Positions 1 through 13,154 of a stretch of 64,000 nucleotides of DNA are shown one piece after another (the stretch's first letter is position 1; the number at the start of each line of letters is the position of its first letter). Position numbers and translations under genes: made by a program. The DNA is from Geosiphon pyriformis uo1 (lineage: Eukaryota > Fungi > Glomeromycota): positions 1,439,696-1,503,695 of the forward strand of contig JAAOMT010000602.1 of NCBI GenBank assembly GCA_016748015.1, written 5' to 3'. The notes below the pieces were generated by a model. The model ran no database searches. It was not told the DNA's origin and saw nothing but the letters and a program-made list of their open reading frames with translations.

Positions 1-1949
1 TATTTTACAAATAATTTATTACAAAATTTTAAATTTTTTTATTTTTAATATTTATTAATTAATTATTACAGTTTTATTATTGTAAAAAGTAAAATTAATA
101 ATTAAATTCAAAAAATTCACTTATTTAATAATAATTAATTTAAATAAATTATTATGTATTATATTAAAATTTTATATTATTATATAATTAAATAATTTTT
201 TTTGTTATTTTGTTTTTTTGGTCTTTATATTTTGTTTTTTGTATTTTTATTTTTTATTACTATAGTTTTATTTATTATTTAATCATTTTATTAATTTTAT
301 TTTTTTTAACTTTAATATTTTATAATAAAATTTAAATTATTAATTAATATAAAATTATTTTTATAATTTTTATTATTAATTAACTACTTTATTTTTAAAA
401 TTAGTTATTAATATAATTATTAATATGATTATTAATTTAATTATTAATCTTTTTTTAAGAATATATAAATAAGATTTTTTAAAGTCATAAAAAAAGTATT
501 TATATTCAAATTATACTTAAATTAATACAATAATATTAATCTTTTTATTTTTCTTTTATTATTTTTTTTTAATTTGTATAATTGTTAATTTTTTTAAAGT
601 ATATTAAATAAAATTTTACAATTAATACTTTATATTAAATTTTAAGAATACTAATATAAAGCATAAAATTATATTAATATATTATCTTTTTTACTTTCAG
701 ATTTTTTTGTTATTTTTTAAAAAAAATAGCAACTAAGATATTTATAAAACTGATTTTATATATTAAATTCTTATTAATTCAATTTATTTATTAAAATTAA
801 ATTATTTTTTTAATTATTTTATTATTATATAATTGTTTTTTCTTGTTATCTATTAACTTGTTAATTTAATTATAACATAAAAATAATGTTTTTTATAAGA
901 TTGTTAAAATTTTTAAATCATTTTTTATTATATGAATGATTATTTTTTTATAGTATAAAAAATTCAAAATTATTTTATAATATATAATTAAAACAATTTA
1001 GCTTATATTAAACTTAATTTTCTTTTATCTTGTTTTATTTGTTTCTTAGTTAAAAAATAATTTAACTAAAAATTTCAATTGATTTTTAATTGAATATTCA
1101 GCCAAAACTTAATTTATATATATTTTTTACTTTTTTAATCAAGCATATTTTAAAGAAAAATTTAAAACAAAAAACAATTATATTAACTAATTAATATTTT
1201 CAGTTATTTTTAGTCAATTTTTTTTAAATTTAATAATTTAAATTAGCAAATCTATAATTAAATATTTATTTATTTAATATTCTTAGAAACTAAAAAAAAA
1301 ACTTATTAAACAGTATTTTTGAATTTTTTTCAAATAATTTAGACTTTTTATTCTAAATACTAACTTTTATTATAACATAAATTAAAGTACATGATAAAAC
1401 AAACATATTACTAGTATTTTAAAACATCTAAATTATTGAAATATAAGTTTTTTATCTTTATTTTAAAAAAAAATTTAAAATTTTATAGAATGATTTAAGA
1501 CCTTTAAAAAAGTTACTATAACAAATCAATCTAACAATAATTACAAGTTTTAAATAATTAAAAAATTTTTTCAAGAATTTTTTACTGCATAATTTACTTA
1601 AAAAACTGTTAAAAAAGCTGTTCAATAAATTATTTAATAGTTTTTTAAGAATATTAGCCAAAATACAATCTTTTTTACTATATAATTTGAAAAAATTTTC
1701 ATATTATACTTAAATAAAAAATAAAATTAAAAAAAAGAATACAAAACTCAAAAAAAGTGGTCATAGAATATGTTAAAGCAATTTAGAAATTAATAAAGCA
1801 TATAAATTTAGAAAAAAACTAAATAGAAAAATAAAAAATTTAAAAACAGATCTTTTTTATGCTTTATGATTTCTTTTTACTATTAAAAATAATTTTATTT
1901 TTAACTCAATAATAGAAATAGTTTAAAAAATAGAAAATCATGTTTTTTT

Positions 1950-3546
1950 TAAATAATTGCTTTTGTTTTTATTTTTTTTGTTAATTGACCAAAACAATAT
2001 ATAATAATTAATTAAAATTATATTAAAACAAATTTTTAGCAAGATTTAATTCATCATAATTAAAAGTACAAAGAATATTAGTTAAGCTAAATAAGATTTT
2101 TTAAGATTTAAAATCAATTATTATTATTAAAGCCAGCATATTACAAAACTAAAATATTTATAAATACAGCCAAAAACATAACAAAACAGAACAACAAAAT
2201 AGAAATTACAGACAATATTTACTCAATAACTTAATAATTGTTTCAATTATTGTACATAAAAAATTTATATATAAAAATAATAGTTAACAAACAAAAAATT
2301 TAATATAAAAAAACTTAAAAAAAAAAATACTTTACATAAAAAATTGGAAAAACAAATAGAAAACTATATAAAAAAAAAAAATTTTTAAAATTCTAATAAT
2401 ATTGTATAATCAGAAAAATTAACAAAAAAAACTGAAAAAATTAGAAAAAACAGTTTCTAATTATATACTATTATTATTATTTGGTAAATTTGTATATAGC
2501 CAATTTTAAAAAAATATTTAACAAAAAAACAATACAACAAATAAAACACTTTATTAAAAAAAACAATTTAGTAATTTACTTAAAAACAATTTATTAGTTA
2601 TATATAATTTTTATAAATATAATACAATACTTTATATTTAATTATAAAAAATATATTAATAAACCAGTTAAAAAAAATAACTAATTCACAATTTAAAAAA
2701 CTAAAAACAGAAATTTTTAAACTTATAAAAAAAAATATATGTAAACTTATTTAAAAAGAAAACTTAAAAAATTTTATTAAAACTTAATATTAAAAAAAAT
2801 ATATTACTAATATAAAAAAACAGAAATAATAATAATATAAAATAACTAATAGAAAATAGAAAATTATTAAAATATGTAATATTAAAAATTTTAATAATAA
2901 TTTAAAAAAATTATAAAAATTGTAGAAATCTTATATTACAAAAATTTATGTTTATATAGTAAAAGTATTAAAAACTAAAAAAAATACTTTGGAATCAAAC
3001 AAACTTATTTTAAAACCAATCTAGTTTTACTATTAATTTAACTAAATTATAATCAATTTAATAAACATAATTATTAAAATATATTTAATATTAATTATTA
3101 ATAAATTTTGACTTATCTTGTTAAAATTCAAAATATTTCTTATATATTAATGTTATTTATATTAAACATATTGACTTACAATAGTAGAACAATAGTTTTT
3201 GATAATAATTATTAACAAATACTAATTTTAGTTTTTTATTTTTTTTTATTTTTTTTCGATTATTAATTAATTAAAAAAAATATAAAGATTATAATATTAA
3301 AGATTATCTGGTAAAAAACATTAAAAAAAGTGTAAATATAGTTATAAAAACTAAAATTGTTTACTAAAAAACTACAAATACCAAAATAAATCAGTTATTA
3401 AGTCAAAAAACTCTATATCTATTATTAATTATATAAAGAATTTTATTATCAAAACTTTCAAAAAATCTTTAGATTAAAACAGTTATTAATCTGAGCACCA
3501 AGTTACAGAATTTACAAATCTAAAATCCAAAATACTATTTATAATA
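1950..3546 (+). mobile_element. Highly decayed 3' end of a Ty3/gypsy element (integrase tail, ORF3, PPT, LTR-A-like 3' LTR at ~2802-3546)
   Basis: 'atagaaattacagacaatatttactcaataacttaataattgtttcaa' (~2199) matches the ORF3 start at 11332 (MEITNNIYILAQQLF). 'cttaatattaaaaaaaatatattact' matches the PPT/LTR junction at 11951-11982. 'tgagcaccaagtta' (~3492) matches the LTR-A 3' part at ~14402. Confidence 0.65.
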
Positions 3547-4314
3547 ATAATTAGCAAAAAAGTTAAATAAACCCAAATTAAAATATTTTTTAAATTTATT
3601 ATTATAATAAGTAATATTTTTATTGAAATTACTTTTTAAAATCACAAATATATTGTTAACAACTATTTATATAATAAAAAAATTAACTTTTAATGTCTAA
3701 TTTAATCTAATTATAATAAAAACTTTAATATATACTCCAAAAACCAAAGCTAAAAGATTGTTTTAAAAAACAAAAAATTAAAAAAGATTGACTTCGAAAT
3801 TTTTAATATTTTAAATACATAGATAGTCAAAGTATTGTTTATTATAATTATAATATTTGATTTTAAAAAACATAAATTTAAATTTAAAATAAATATGTAG
3901 ATTATTAAAAAACAAAAACCAACACATAATAATTTATTTTTGTTAAAATTAACAGAATTTTTAAATATTAATATATTGGTTTTTAAATTATTAATTTTTG
4001 TGATAAAAACTTTTAAATTATTGTAATTTAAAATTAAAAAACTATTAATAATATTTATTAAAATAAAAAAAATGCATTTAAAATATCTAAAACTATATAT
4101 GAATTTGTAATTACTAAGAAAGTTTTAGATTTAATATAAAATAATAATAAAAAAAGCAAACAAAAAAATTTAATTTATAAAATATTTTAAAATTTTGATT
4201 TGTTAAAAATTTTAATAAACATTTAAAAATATTTAGACGATTTTTTATAAAAAAATAAACAACAAAAAAACAATAATATCAAATAAAAAAGCTTATAAAA
4301 AGATAAATTAAAAA

Positions 4315-7300
4315 CTTCTTTCTTTCTTATATCTAAAATTTCCTAAAAAGCATTTTTTTAAAAAAGTTTTTTTGTTTTTTCTGTTATTATTTTTTAATAT
4401 TTTACAAATTAATAACTCTTTTATCATAGATTTAAAGACTGTTTCAGATAGTAGTATGGCTAAAAAAAAGGCACTCAAAAGAGCTTTTTATAATCTTGTT
4501 AATAGTTCTTTTTTTTAAAAAAAGAAAATTATGTTAAGAAATGTTAAGCACTCAGATGATAAAAGAAATGTTTTTTTGATAAAATCTAATTTCAGTAGTA
4601 GTGTCTATTCTGACATGGGCAATAAGTTTAATGAAGGTAAAGATAATAGTTTTATGACTAATATATATAATAGGTTTCTTCTGAGTTTGACTGCTATTAT
4701 TCCTAAAATAAAATAAATAAATACTGGCATAGTTTGTGGCTTTCTTTTCAGTTTTCTAGATTTTGAAATGAATAATAAAATTAAATTACTTTTACTTTCT
4801 CTTGGTATTTTTTTAAACAAAAGATAGATCAATTTTAAAATTATTAAAACTCAAATAAAAATACCAGTTAAAAAGTTTTTTGCTTTGAATATTAATTTTT
4901 TTATAGTGAAAAGCAAATCAGCTACAATAAAAACTCAAATAATTAAAAGAATTTTTTCAACTGTTAATAATTTTGGGGAGACCACTACTTCTTCAAAATT
5001 AAAAGAAATTATTAAATTAATGTTTATGTCAAAAAAAAGCATGAAAAAAGCCATATTATTGGCCAAAAAAAAAGGTATTATGGTAAATATTAATTTCAAA
5101 AAACAAAAAATCAGGTTAGATTAGACTGTAATTATTAAGAAAATTCTTATAAATATGCCAAAAAAAATAATTGTTGTTATAATATCTAAGTTTGAACAAA
5201 TTAAGTCAATCAAATTGCAACTAATTGAAATGTGACAAAAAACTGTAGTAAAATTTGTTAAATTGGAGCAAGCAAATCAATTGGCAACAAAATAGTTATT
5301 TTTAATCAGAAAAAACTCAGGATGCATAGCCAAAGTTATAAGAAATTGTGATATTTGGGCATTAAAGAATTGGTTCAGAGTGTTTTTGTTTATCTTGCCA
5401 GTAAAAACAACTGCACATGATTTTGGGATTCTTTTAGAAAAGACTGGTAAGAAAACCTGCATCATAAATTAATTATTAAATACTGACAATAATATATGTT
5501 GTGCTGTAGTTGGTTTTAAATCTAATAAAAATTTGAAATCTGTCTTTTATATAGAACTAATTTTTAATGGTGTAAAACTTTCTTGGACAAAAATAGATTT
5601 AGTTTATTGTGAAAAGTGTGGTCATTTTGAACATTCTACTTTGAAGTATAATGTTTCTGGTTCATATGTCTTTCAATCTACAAAAATATTTAAAAAATTT
5701 GCTTCAAATAAAAATTGTTTTTAATTAGCCAAATTATATGTTAGAAAAAATGTTTTTATTTTTTGTCCTGCTGCTTTTGGTAGCAAGTTATAAGCTCAAA
5801 TAGTCTCAACAGCTTTTATTTCTGATATTTTGCTCTTTAGCTCAATACTTTAAGTTCTAATGAAAAGTTTCTCTTCTTCTAACTTAGCAATTTATCTCTG
5901 AACATCTATTTAGTCTTTTTAGAATGCTTCTTAAAGCTATTAGCAAATCAAGTTTTCGGTATTGTGAAAAATTTAAGCTTTGTGAATTTGGTGCTATTGG
6001 TGTTTATTTTCCAATTTCTGTCTTCTGTAGTGTTTGTTTCTTTGACTTCAGATTTGGTTTCAGATATTGTTTTAGATATCCTGCCTGCATTATCTATCTT
6101 CTCTCTTTTAGCTATAAATTGTTTGGTTTTGGACTTGAGTTTGAGTAATTCAAAGACTTTAATTACTAAGATAAGTAGACTGGAATTCAAAATGGTAGCT
6201 TTTAAAGCTTCTGTTAATTTGGTTTTAACAAGATTAGATTAGTTGTTTGCTGGTTTGAGCTTTTCTGTATTTGTCTTATCTTAATAACTAATTTAATTTG
6301 AAAAGTTGCTATATGTAATGTTTATAGTATTAACATCTCTGTTAAACAAGAAATATAGTTTAATGGCATACAAAATTGGATAACACAATTTTTATCATAA
6401 CAGAAACAAAGTTAAGGTTTAATATTAAGTCATGAATTATGAATAGATTTGATAGAGTTTGGATTTTTACTTTTGGCTTGAATAAAGGTTTTTGTAGTAC
6501 AAATATTGTAATAATTATGACCAGTTTTTTGGCTTAACATGTTTTTAAAGTAAATAAGATTTTTAGTTAATTGATTTTAGTGTGTTTTTTGTTTAAAGAC
6601 AAGCTTTTTGTTATAGTTTTGGGTCTATATATTGGTGCTTCTTTAGGCTTTAGGTTTAAGCAGGCTGTAGAGATTGATTTTTTTATTGCCAAAGTTGTAA
6701 ACTTTAGTAGTTTCAAAAAGTTCTTAGATATAAGTCTAGTAAACTTACTTTGTAGACATTTTTTAATAATAACTTTTACTTAAAGCAACTCTAAAGAAGT
6801 TAATAAGACTATTGATTACATTTTTTTCAGTGAAAATTTGTCTTTAGTCATTACATATTATAAAATTGGATGTGTATCTGAGTTTTTTGATATTAATCAC
6901 ATAGTGGTTATGGTTTCAGTTGGTTTAAGTGGTCTTTTGGATGCTGATTTAAATAGTGCTCACAAACATGCAAATAAAAATCAATAAAAGTTTAGAATTG
7001 ATTATATTGACAATGTTAAGTAGGATAGTTTTTGTGATTTTTCTTTAGCTGGATTTTTTTTGGTGATAAGTAAGTTTGCTAAAATAAGTGTGAAAAAAGA
7101 TCTGAATGCTATATAAAAATTTTTGATAAATGTAATAGTAGAAACAGCTGATAAAACTTTTTTTAAACATTGGTACAATGAAATTAAAAGTTTTTATAAC
7201 AAATAATTATCAAAATTTTTCAAGTTAAAGTTGTTAGTATCCAAAATAGTAAAGTCATTTGGATCAAGTGATGTTTTTGGAACTGATGTTTTCCTTTATA

Positions 7301-8643
7301 TTTGGTTGGTTATTGATGAAGATAAAGTCTTAAAGATGTGGGTTATGATTTAGATTAGAGCCAAATCATCAAATATTTTTAGCTGTCTGTTTAAAATTAA
7401 GAAATGTTATCACAAATTCAAGATATATAAGTTTAAAGCTGTTAAAACAACTGCTATAAAACATGCTATTGAGAAAAAATAAACAATTTTAATTCAGATA
7501 AAGACCATATGATTAAGTATATATTCAAGAGACTTTTTCATAAGATAGTATTAAATTATTTGGTTGTTAATAACAATCTAATTTTGGATCTTAATAATGT
7601 TAAATTTTGTGTTAATACTATTATAAAAGATTAGACCAAAAAATGAGTGGGTTTTGTTCCTTTGTCTGGAAAATAGACTGATCAATATGCTTTTTTGTAT
7701 TATGTAGATGATAATACATTTTTAACTGTTATGAATATTATTTGTTTAGAGAATTTGGTTTGAATTATCAAGAATTTGCCAGATAGGAAGACTGCAAGCC
7801 TGAATGGTATCCCTAATAAATTGTGAAAACATTGTGATAATAATGTTTTTAAGTGTTTTCTAAAGCTTTTGAATTCCTGTTTAACTTTGGATACAGTTTT
7901 AACTTTATAAAAAAAGACATAGGTCTTAATAATACTTAAATCTTATGAATAAAATAGAATTCTGATCAATACTCAACTTATTGCATTAATTAAAACTGTT
8001 AAAAAAAAATTTTTAAAGATTTTTTTAGACTAAATCTTTTTTGCTTACAACAAGTTTAGTGTTTTTTATGAGAATAATTTCTTAGTGTTAAAGAATATTT
8101 AATACAATTTTCTATTTTTGTTGTTGGTTTAGTAATCAAAAATGCTCTAAAAAAAACAGAAAAGTTTGGTTAGTTTTACAGAACATATGTAAAACATACA
8201 ACTCTGTTGAATGACATCATTTAGAAACTAGTTTATATTTGTCAAAATATGCAAAAGATTTATCAAGTTTTTTGATAGCATTTATAAAGATAAAATAAAC
8301 AAAGTTATAATAGATTTTGGTCTTACAAATAGTTACCAAATGCATAATAAACTTGGTTAAGGTAAAGTGTTTTTTCTTCTTCTTTAAAGAATTTTCTATG
8401 ATTCTTTTTTGTGTGAAGTTAAAAGACAGAATTATTTGTGTAAGTACCAAATTGATATCAAGTTTGTGGCTAAGACTAAAAAAATGAAATTTATAGAAAA
8501 GTTTATCTTGTTTTTTGCAGTTGGCATATTTATAAGTAATATTATTTGAATTGAAAATAGTCAGACTTCTATACAATACATTTTGGACATTGTCAGTAAA
8601 TTTTTTTTATTCAATAATATTTTTATTAACAATAACAAAATGG
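4315..8643 (+). mobile_element. Decayed LINE (5' end, ORF1, APE endonuclease, N-terminal half of RT), broken at 8643 by an LTR end
   Basis: Starts 'cttctttctttc' after an A-run, like the copy at 15926. Fragments are collinear with the intact copy: zinc knuckle CEKCGHFEHSTLKY, 'SKTLITKISRLEFKMVAFKASV', endonuclease 'LFKDKLFVIVLGLYIGAS', RT up to the ININ..K region. Many stops and frameshifts. Confidence 0.85.
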
Positions 8644-9090
8644 TGTTATAGGTGATTATTTAGGGTCTCAAATCAAATAACAACACCTGTAACTTGGTAC
8701 TTAAAAGCTATTCGCAATAATAGTAATCTAAAAGTTTTTTGTTATCTGAAGGTTTTTTTGTTGAATTTTTTGTATAATAGACAGAGATTTATTGGTAATA
8801 GTGTTATCTTTAGCTTTCTGAAACCTCAGTTTTGTCAATTTTTTTCTCAGCATAATGGCCAGTAATCTTCCTGGTAAGCTATCCTCAATTGAGTGTTCTA
8901 CTCTTATTTTTGGGTCTTTTACCAGTCACTTTATCCTGACATTAGTACCCTGCATGTTAATCCTCAATAGAATTAGTAAACAACAAACAAAGAAAAGAAC
9001 AAGAAATAAAAGAAAATAAAATATGAAAATAAGCCAAGATAATGCACAAGTTAGTATTCTGTTAATAGCCATAATTAAGAGTGCATTTGA
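8644..9090 (-). repeat. Partial LTR-A (3' half) in inverted orientation
   Basis: The reverse complement ends '...gagaccctaaataatcacctataaca', matching the LTR-A end at ~14435-14460. Similarity extends to about 9090. Confidence 0.8.
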
Positions 9091-12000
9091 AAAAAATAAA
9101 CACCCAATTATGTGACCACTATTTGATCCCATGTGACTTCCAGTATTGTAATAAGTGTGATCTCATTTACAATCTACCATCATGTATAATTTACACAATC
9201 CCATAGAAAAACAAACCAATAAGCAGCTGCACATTAGAATTAGAATCAAATTTCAATTCCAATTCAAACTCTGACAATGACAATGAAAACAATGATTTCA
9301 GTTCTATGCAAATTGGCAATAATAACAATAACAATTTAGACTCAGATTTAAATCCCAAATAATACATTGCACTTCCTGATTTCACCAAAGAACAGAAACT
9401 GAAATAGTTCAGCAATAATAATAAAGGTATCATGCCAAAATGCACACATAATACTAATGCCAGATTTGATCTAAAATATCCAAGAAAAAATGTCATCAAA
9501 TTGAAACCATATTTACACACTTGCATTGATCTCAAAGTAGCACTAGAAATCCTAGCAACAATGATAGTTTAACTAGCATCCAGGAGTAGTTTGGCAAAAA
9601 AAGAAATTAATATCAGAGAAGAAATAATTGATGCAAGATATGTGAGAAATATCATTATAATGCTACAAAATAACTTAGAAAAGATCTATGTAATAGAGCC
9701 AAACAAAAAGATAGCACAGGCAATATTTTTGCCTCTGATTAAAATAGCTCAATTAGTATTAGTGAGAAACAGAGAAGAATTAGAGATTACAGCTAGAGGA
9801 ATACAGAGTTTCAGATCCATGGATAGAATAGATGTACCAGTTAATATGGTAGAAGAAAAAATTAGTAACAAAGAAGAAATTATTTCCACTTGTCAATCAA
9901 TTTCTATTCCACCATATGACCAGTACATGTTAGTCATAAAAAAAAAGGTAAAAGATCAAGTTCAAATGTTTAAAGCAGAAGCAACACTTTGCAAATCAAG
10001 AAAAATTGGATTAGTCAATCTATATATACCAGCCAAGAATTAAAATCACATCAAAATTTCTATTTACAACAACACAAGAAATGTCATTGAGATACCAGAA
10101 AGAACTACTATTAGATACTTAACTGCCAAAATTGAAAACCAATCACCAAATTCCATTCCAGACTTTTCACAACTGTGTGAATATGTTGATATAACATCAC
10201 AAACAGTTTATGAACAGAACAAATGTTATTTGCTTCAACCAGAACAATTAAAACAAATAAATCTAGAAAACTTAGACCCACTCCAGTATATGCAACTCAA
10301 AATGTTATTTAACAATTTTACTAACATTTTTACAAGTGAAAATAAATTTGGCAAAACTGACATAATCCAGTACCAGATCAAGACTAAAGATACAATGCCA
10401 ATTAAACAAAGAGCATACAGAGTACTACCAGCCAGCCATAAGATCATTTGTTAAGAAATCAGTCAGATGTTTGACAACAGGCTAATTCAGCCATCTATAA
10501 GCCCATGGTCGTTACCAGTGGTACTAGTCCATAAGAAGAATAGAAAAATTTGCTTTTGTGTGGATTACTGAAAACTTAATGGAGTAACCAAAGAAGATAG
10601 TTATCTAACTTTAAAGATCCAAGAACTGTTCAATGCTTTTGGAGGAAAGAAATAGTTCTCAACTTTAGACTTAAACAGTAGTTACTGACAAGTAGCCATT
10701 AAACCAAAAGACAAGAAAAAAATGGCTTTTACAATCTGAAAAAAAAATTTTGAGTTTAAAGTAATGTTATTTGACTGAATAAATACACTAGCAACATTCC
10801 AACAGCTTATAAAAATTGTTTATACAGAACTGTTATAGAAATCAGTAGTTGTATATTTGGATGATATCAATGTGTTCTCAAAGACATTTGATGATTATCT
10901 ACATCATTTCCAACAAGTATTTGAAAGACACAATAACCAATTACCAGATAAACCAGTTGAATTCAAGATTGAAGACAAAGTACTTTTATATCATATCAAA
11001 GCAGAAAAACAATGGAGTGGAAAATTTGACCCCAAATGAAACAGACCATTTTACATAGAAGAAATTCTTGGAAATAGAACTTATAAATTAAGATTGAACA
11101 ACAAAATTTTAACTAAAGCAGCACATAGTAATTGACTAAAACCATATTACTATATAGTAACATTATCCACTAATAATATTTCACAATTAAGAATACAGAA
11201 AATACTAATTCAACCAGACAAGATTCCACAAGATCTAGAACCAATTATAACCATTGAATTAAACACATCAAATTGAACAACCAAAAAAGTATAAAAAAAC
11301 ACGGTATATGTGATAAAGACAACAAAAAAAAATGGAAATTACCAACAACATATACATATTGGCACAACAACTCTTCTAACTGATCCAACAACAGAATATG
11401 GAAATTACTATCAACCAACAAACCATTTGATACTAAGACACCAAAAAAATAGTTCAATACAAAGTACAAAGAAAACCAGAAAACACCATTAACAAAATAA
11501 TACTAAAAGTAAAAGTGATAATAGAAAAGCCAACAAGTGTCACTTTATATCAAGAAGTAACTAAAGAAACTTGAAAGTGATAGATACAACAATTTTCAAA
11601 AAACTTTTATTACTTCTACTTAGAACAACATTTGAATATCCAAAATTTATATACAAATAAAACAAAACAATTATTTGATACAACAATACTGCAGCAACTA
11701 GAACAATTTGTGGAGAAAAACAATTTGACTACACAAGTAAGAGTCATTTATTGGCTACATACTGGATTTTAAGACTGACCAAAAATTTTACTTAATCTAG
11801 CAATGAACACTATCACCATCAACCAAATAGAAAAAATAACCAATGCCCAATTTGAAGAATTACAAAACCAGATAACTTAAATAATTTTCGAAAAAGAAAT
11901 TCAAGAAATACTTAAAGATAGAGAATTAGAATTAGAAAATTTCAATAAAGCTCAATATTAAAAAAGAAGGAATAATGTTACTCATAAAATATAAAAAGTA

Positions 12001-12873
12001 TATTAGCATATAAATTAGCCAATCAGAAATAGCCATAGTAAATGTAAAATTCCAGGATTCCTCTCTAAAAAATTGCAGGATGCCAAAAATTTCAGAATTT
12101 TTGTACAAGAAATCACAGAATTCCAGAATTCTAGGATTCCTTCCAAAAGGAATTGCAGGATTCCAGAAATTTCAGAATTTTTGGTGTGAAAAATTGAGAA
12201 ATTGAAGAATCTCAATTATGTATATATAGTAATAGCATTAGAAGAAAAAAAGACAGATCTCTTAGTTTAGACTTGATCTAAGCAATCTTTTTATTCATAA
12301 ATATTAATAAATAATTATTCACTAACTTAATCCATTTTCTACTATCAATATTTCATGTTGATAATAATTGATATTTAACTACACTAGAACAATAGCTCTT
12401 GATTACATTTATTGATAAGATACTAACTTTTATTGTCTTGGTTTCTTCTTTTATTTTTTTTTATTTTTTTATTTTATTCTCTGTTGTTATTTTTGTTGTT
12501 TATTAATTGTTGAAAGACTTAAAATACTGAATTACTAATGTTAGATTATAGCACTGATAAAAGACCCAGGAATAAGAGTAGACACTTAGATTTGAGTATA
12601 GCTTACCAGAAAATTGCTGGCCACTACACTAAGAAAAGAATTGACAAAATTGTGATTCCAAGAAGTGATAAACAACAACTACTTTAACCTGTAAGTTGAT
12701 GCTTGAAACACTATTAAATGAAAACCACATTGGAATCTCTGTCCATTATACAAAAGACTTCATCAAAATCTTCAAATACAAATAACCTTCAGCAATCAAC
12801 ATCATTATATTAATTGAGCACCAAATTATGGGTTTGTTATTTGCCTTAAGACTCTAAATAAACACTTGTAACA
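9090..12873 (+). mobile_element. Internally deleted Ty3/gypsy element: end of Cys-rich insert, dUTPase, RT N-terminal half fused to integrase C-terminus, ORF3, PPT, 3' LTR
   Basis: LCDHYLIPCDFQYCNKC; decayed dUTPase motifs (ARFDL, SRSSL, IIDARYVRNI, KIAQ, RGIQSFRSMD); RT 'PIKQRAYRV...VYLDD'; then 'FKIEDKVLLY..KAEKQWSGKFDPK'; PPT aaaaaagaaggaataa before tgtta at 11976. Confidence 0.85.
11976..12873 (+). repeat. LTR-A (3' LTR, 898 bp)
   Basis: Termini tgttac...gtaaca form an inverted repeat; directly preceded by a polypurine tract; contains a CCAAT box, tandem gaattccaggatt-like repeats and a TATA-like tatatata; similar to 13601-14460 and 39933-40783. Confidence 0.9.
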
Positions 12874-13098
12874 ACATTATCTTCTAAAACACCACTCTTT
12901 TTTTTTTCTTGATATAATAGGTTTGATATTAGTACTAAAACCAGAATTTTTATTAGACTTTTTTATAATAATAATATTAAAACCAATAGTAGTTGTGTAA
13001 TTGAGCAAAAATAGTTTGAATTTATTATATTGAATAATTAAAACTTTTTTTCAATAAATATACTTTTTTTGTGAATTTTAGATGTAGAAAAGAAAAAA
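12874..13098 (-). mobile_element. Probable decayed LINE 5' end (5' UTR and start of ORF1)
   Basis: The reverse complement begins 'ttcttttctacatctaaaattcac', similar to the LINE 5' end at 4318 ('ttctttcttatatctaaaatttcc'), followed by a basic ORF1-like peptide (KPIISRKK..SGVLEDN). Confidence 0.5.
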
Positions 13099-13154
13099 AT
13101 TTTATATTTATACAAATTTAATTAGGTTTAATATAAAATAAATAAACCAAATTA

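Noticed and set aside
3550-4250. Possible minus-strand LINE ORF1 ghost; also a possible pol ghost at 600-1200
   Set aside because: Too decayed to align convincingly by eye.
8644-12873. DIRS-like or TIR element with inverted termini
   Set aside because: The inverted piece is half of an ordinary TG..CA LTR, the internal sequence is DDE-integrase gypsy type, no tyrosine recombinase was seen, and the flanks do not match.
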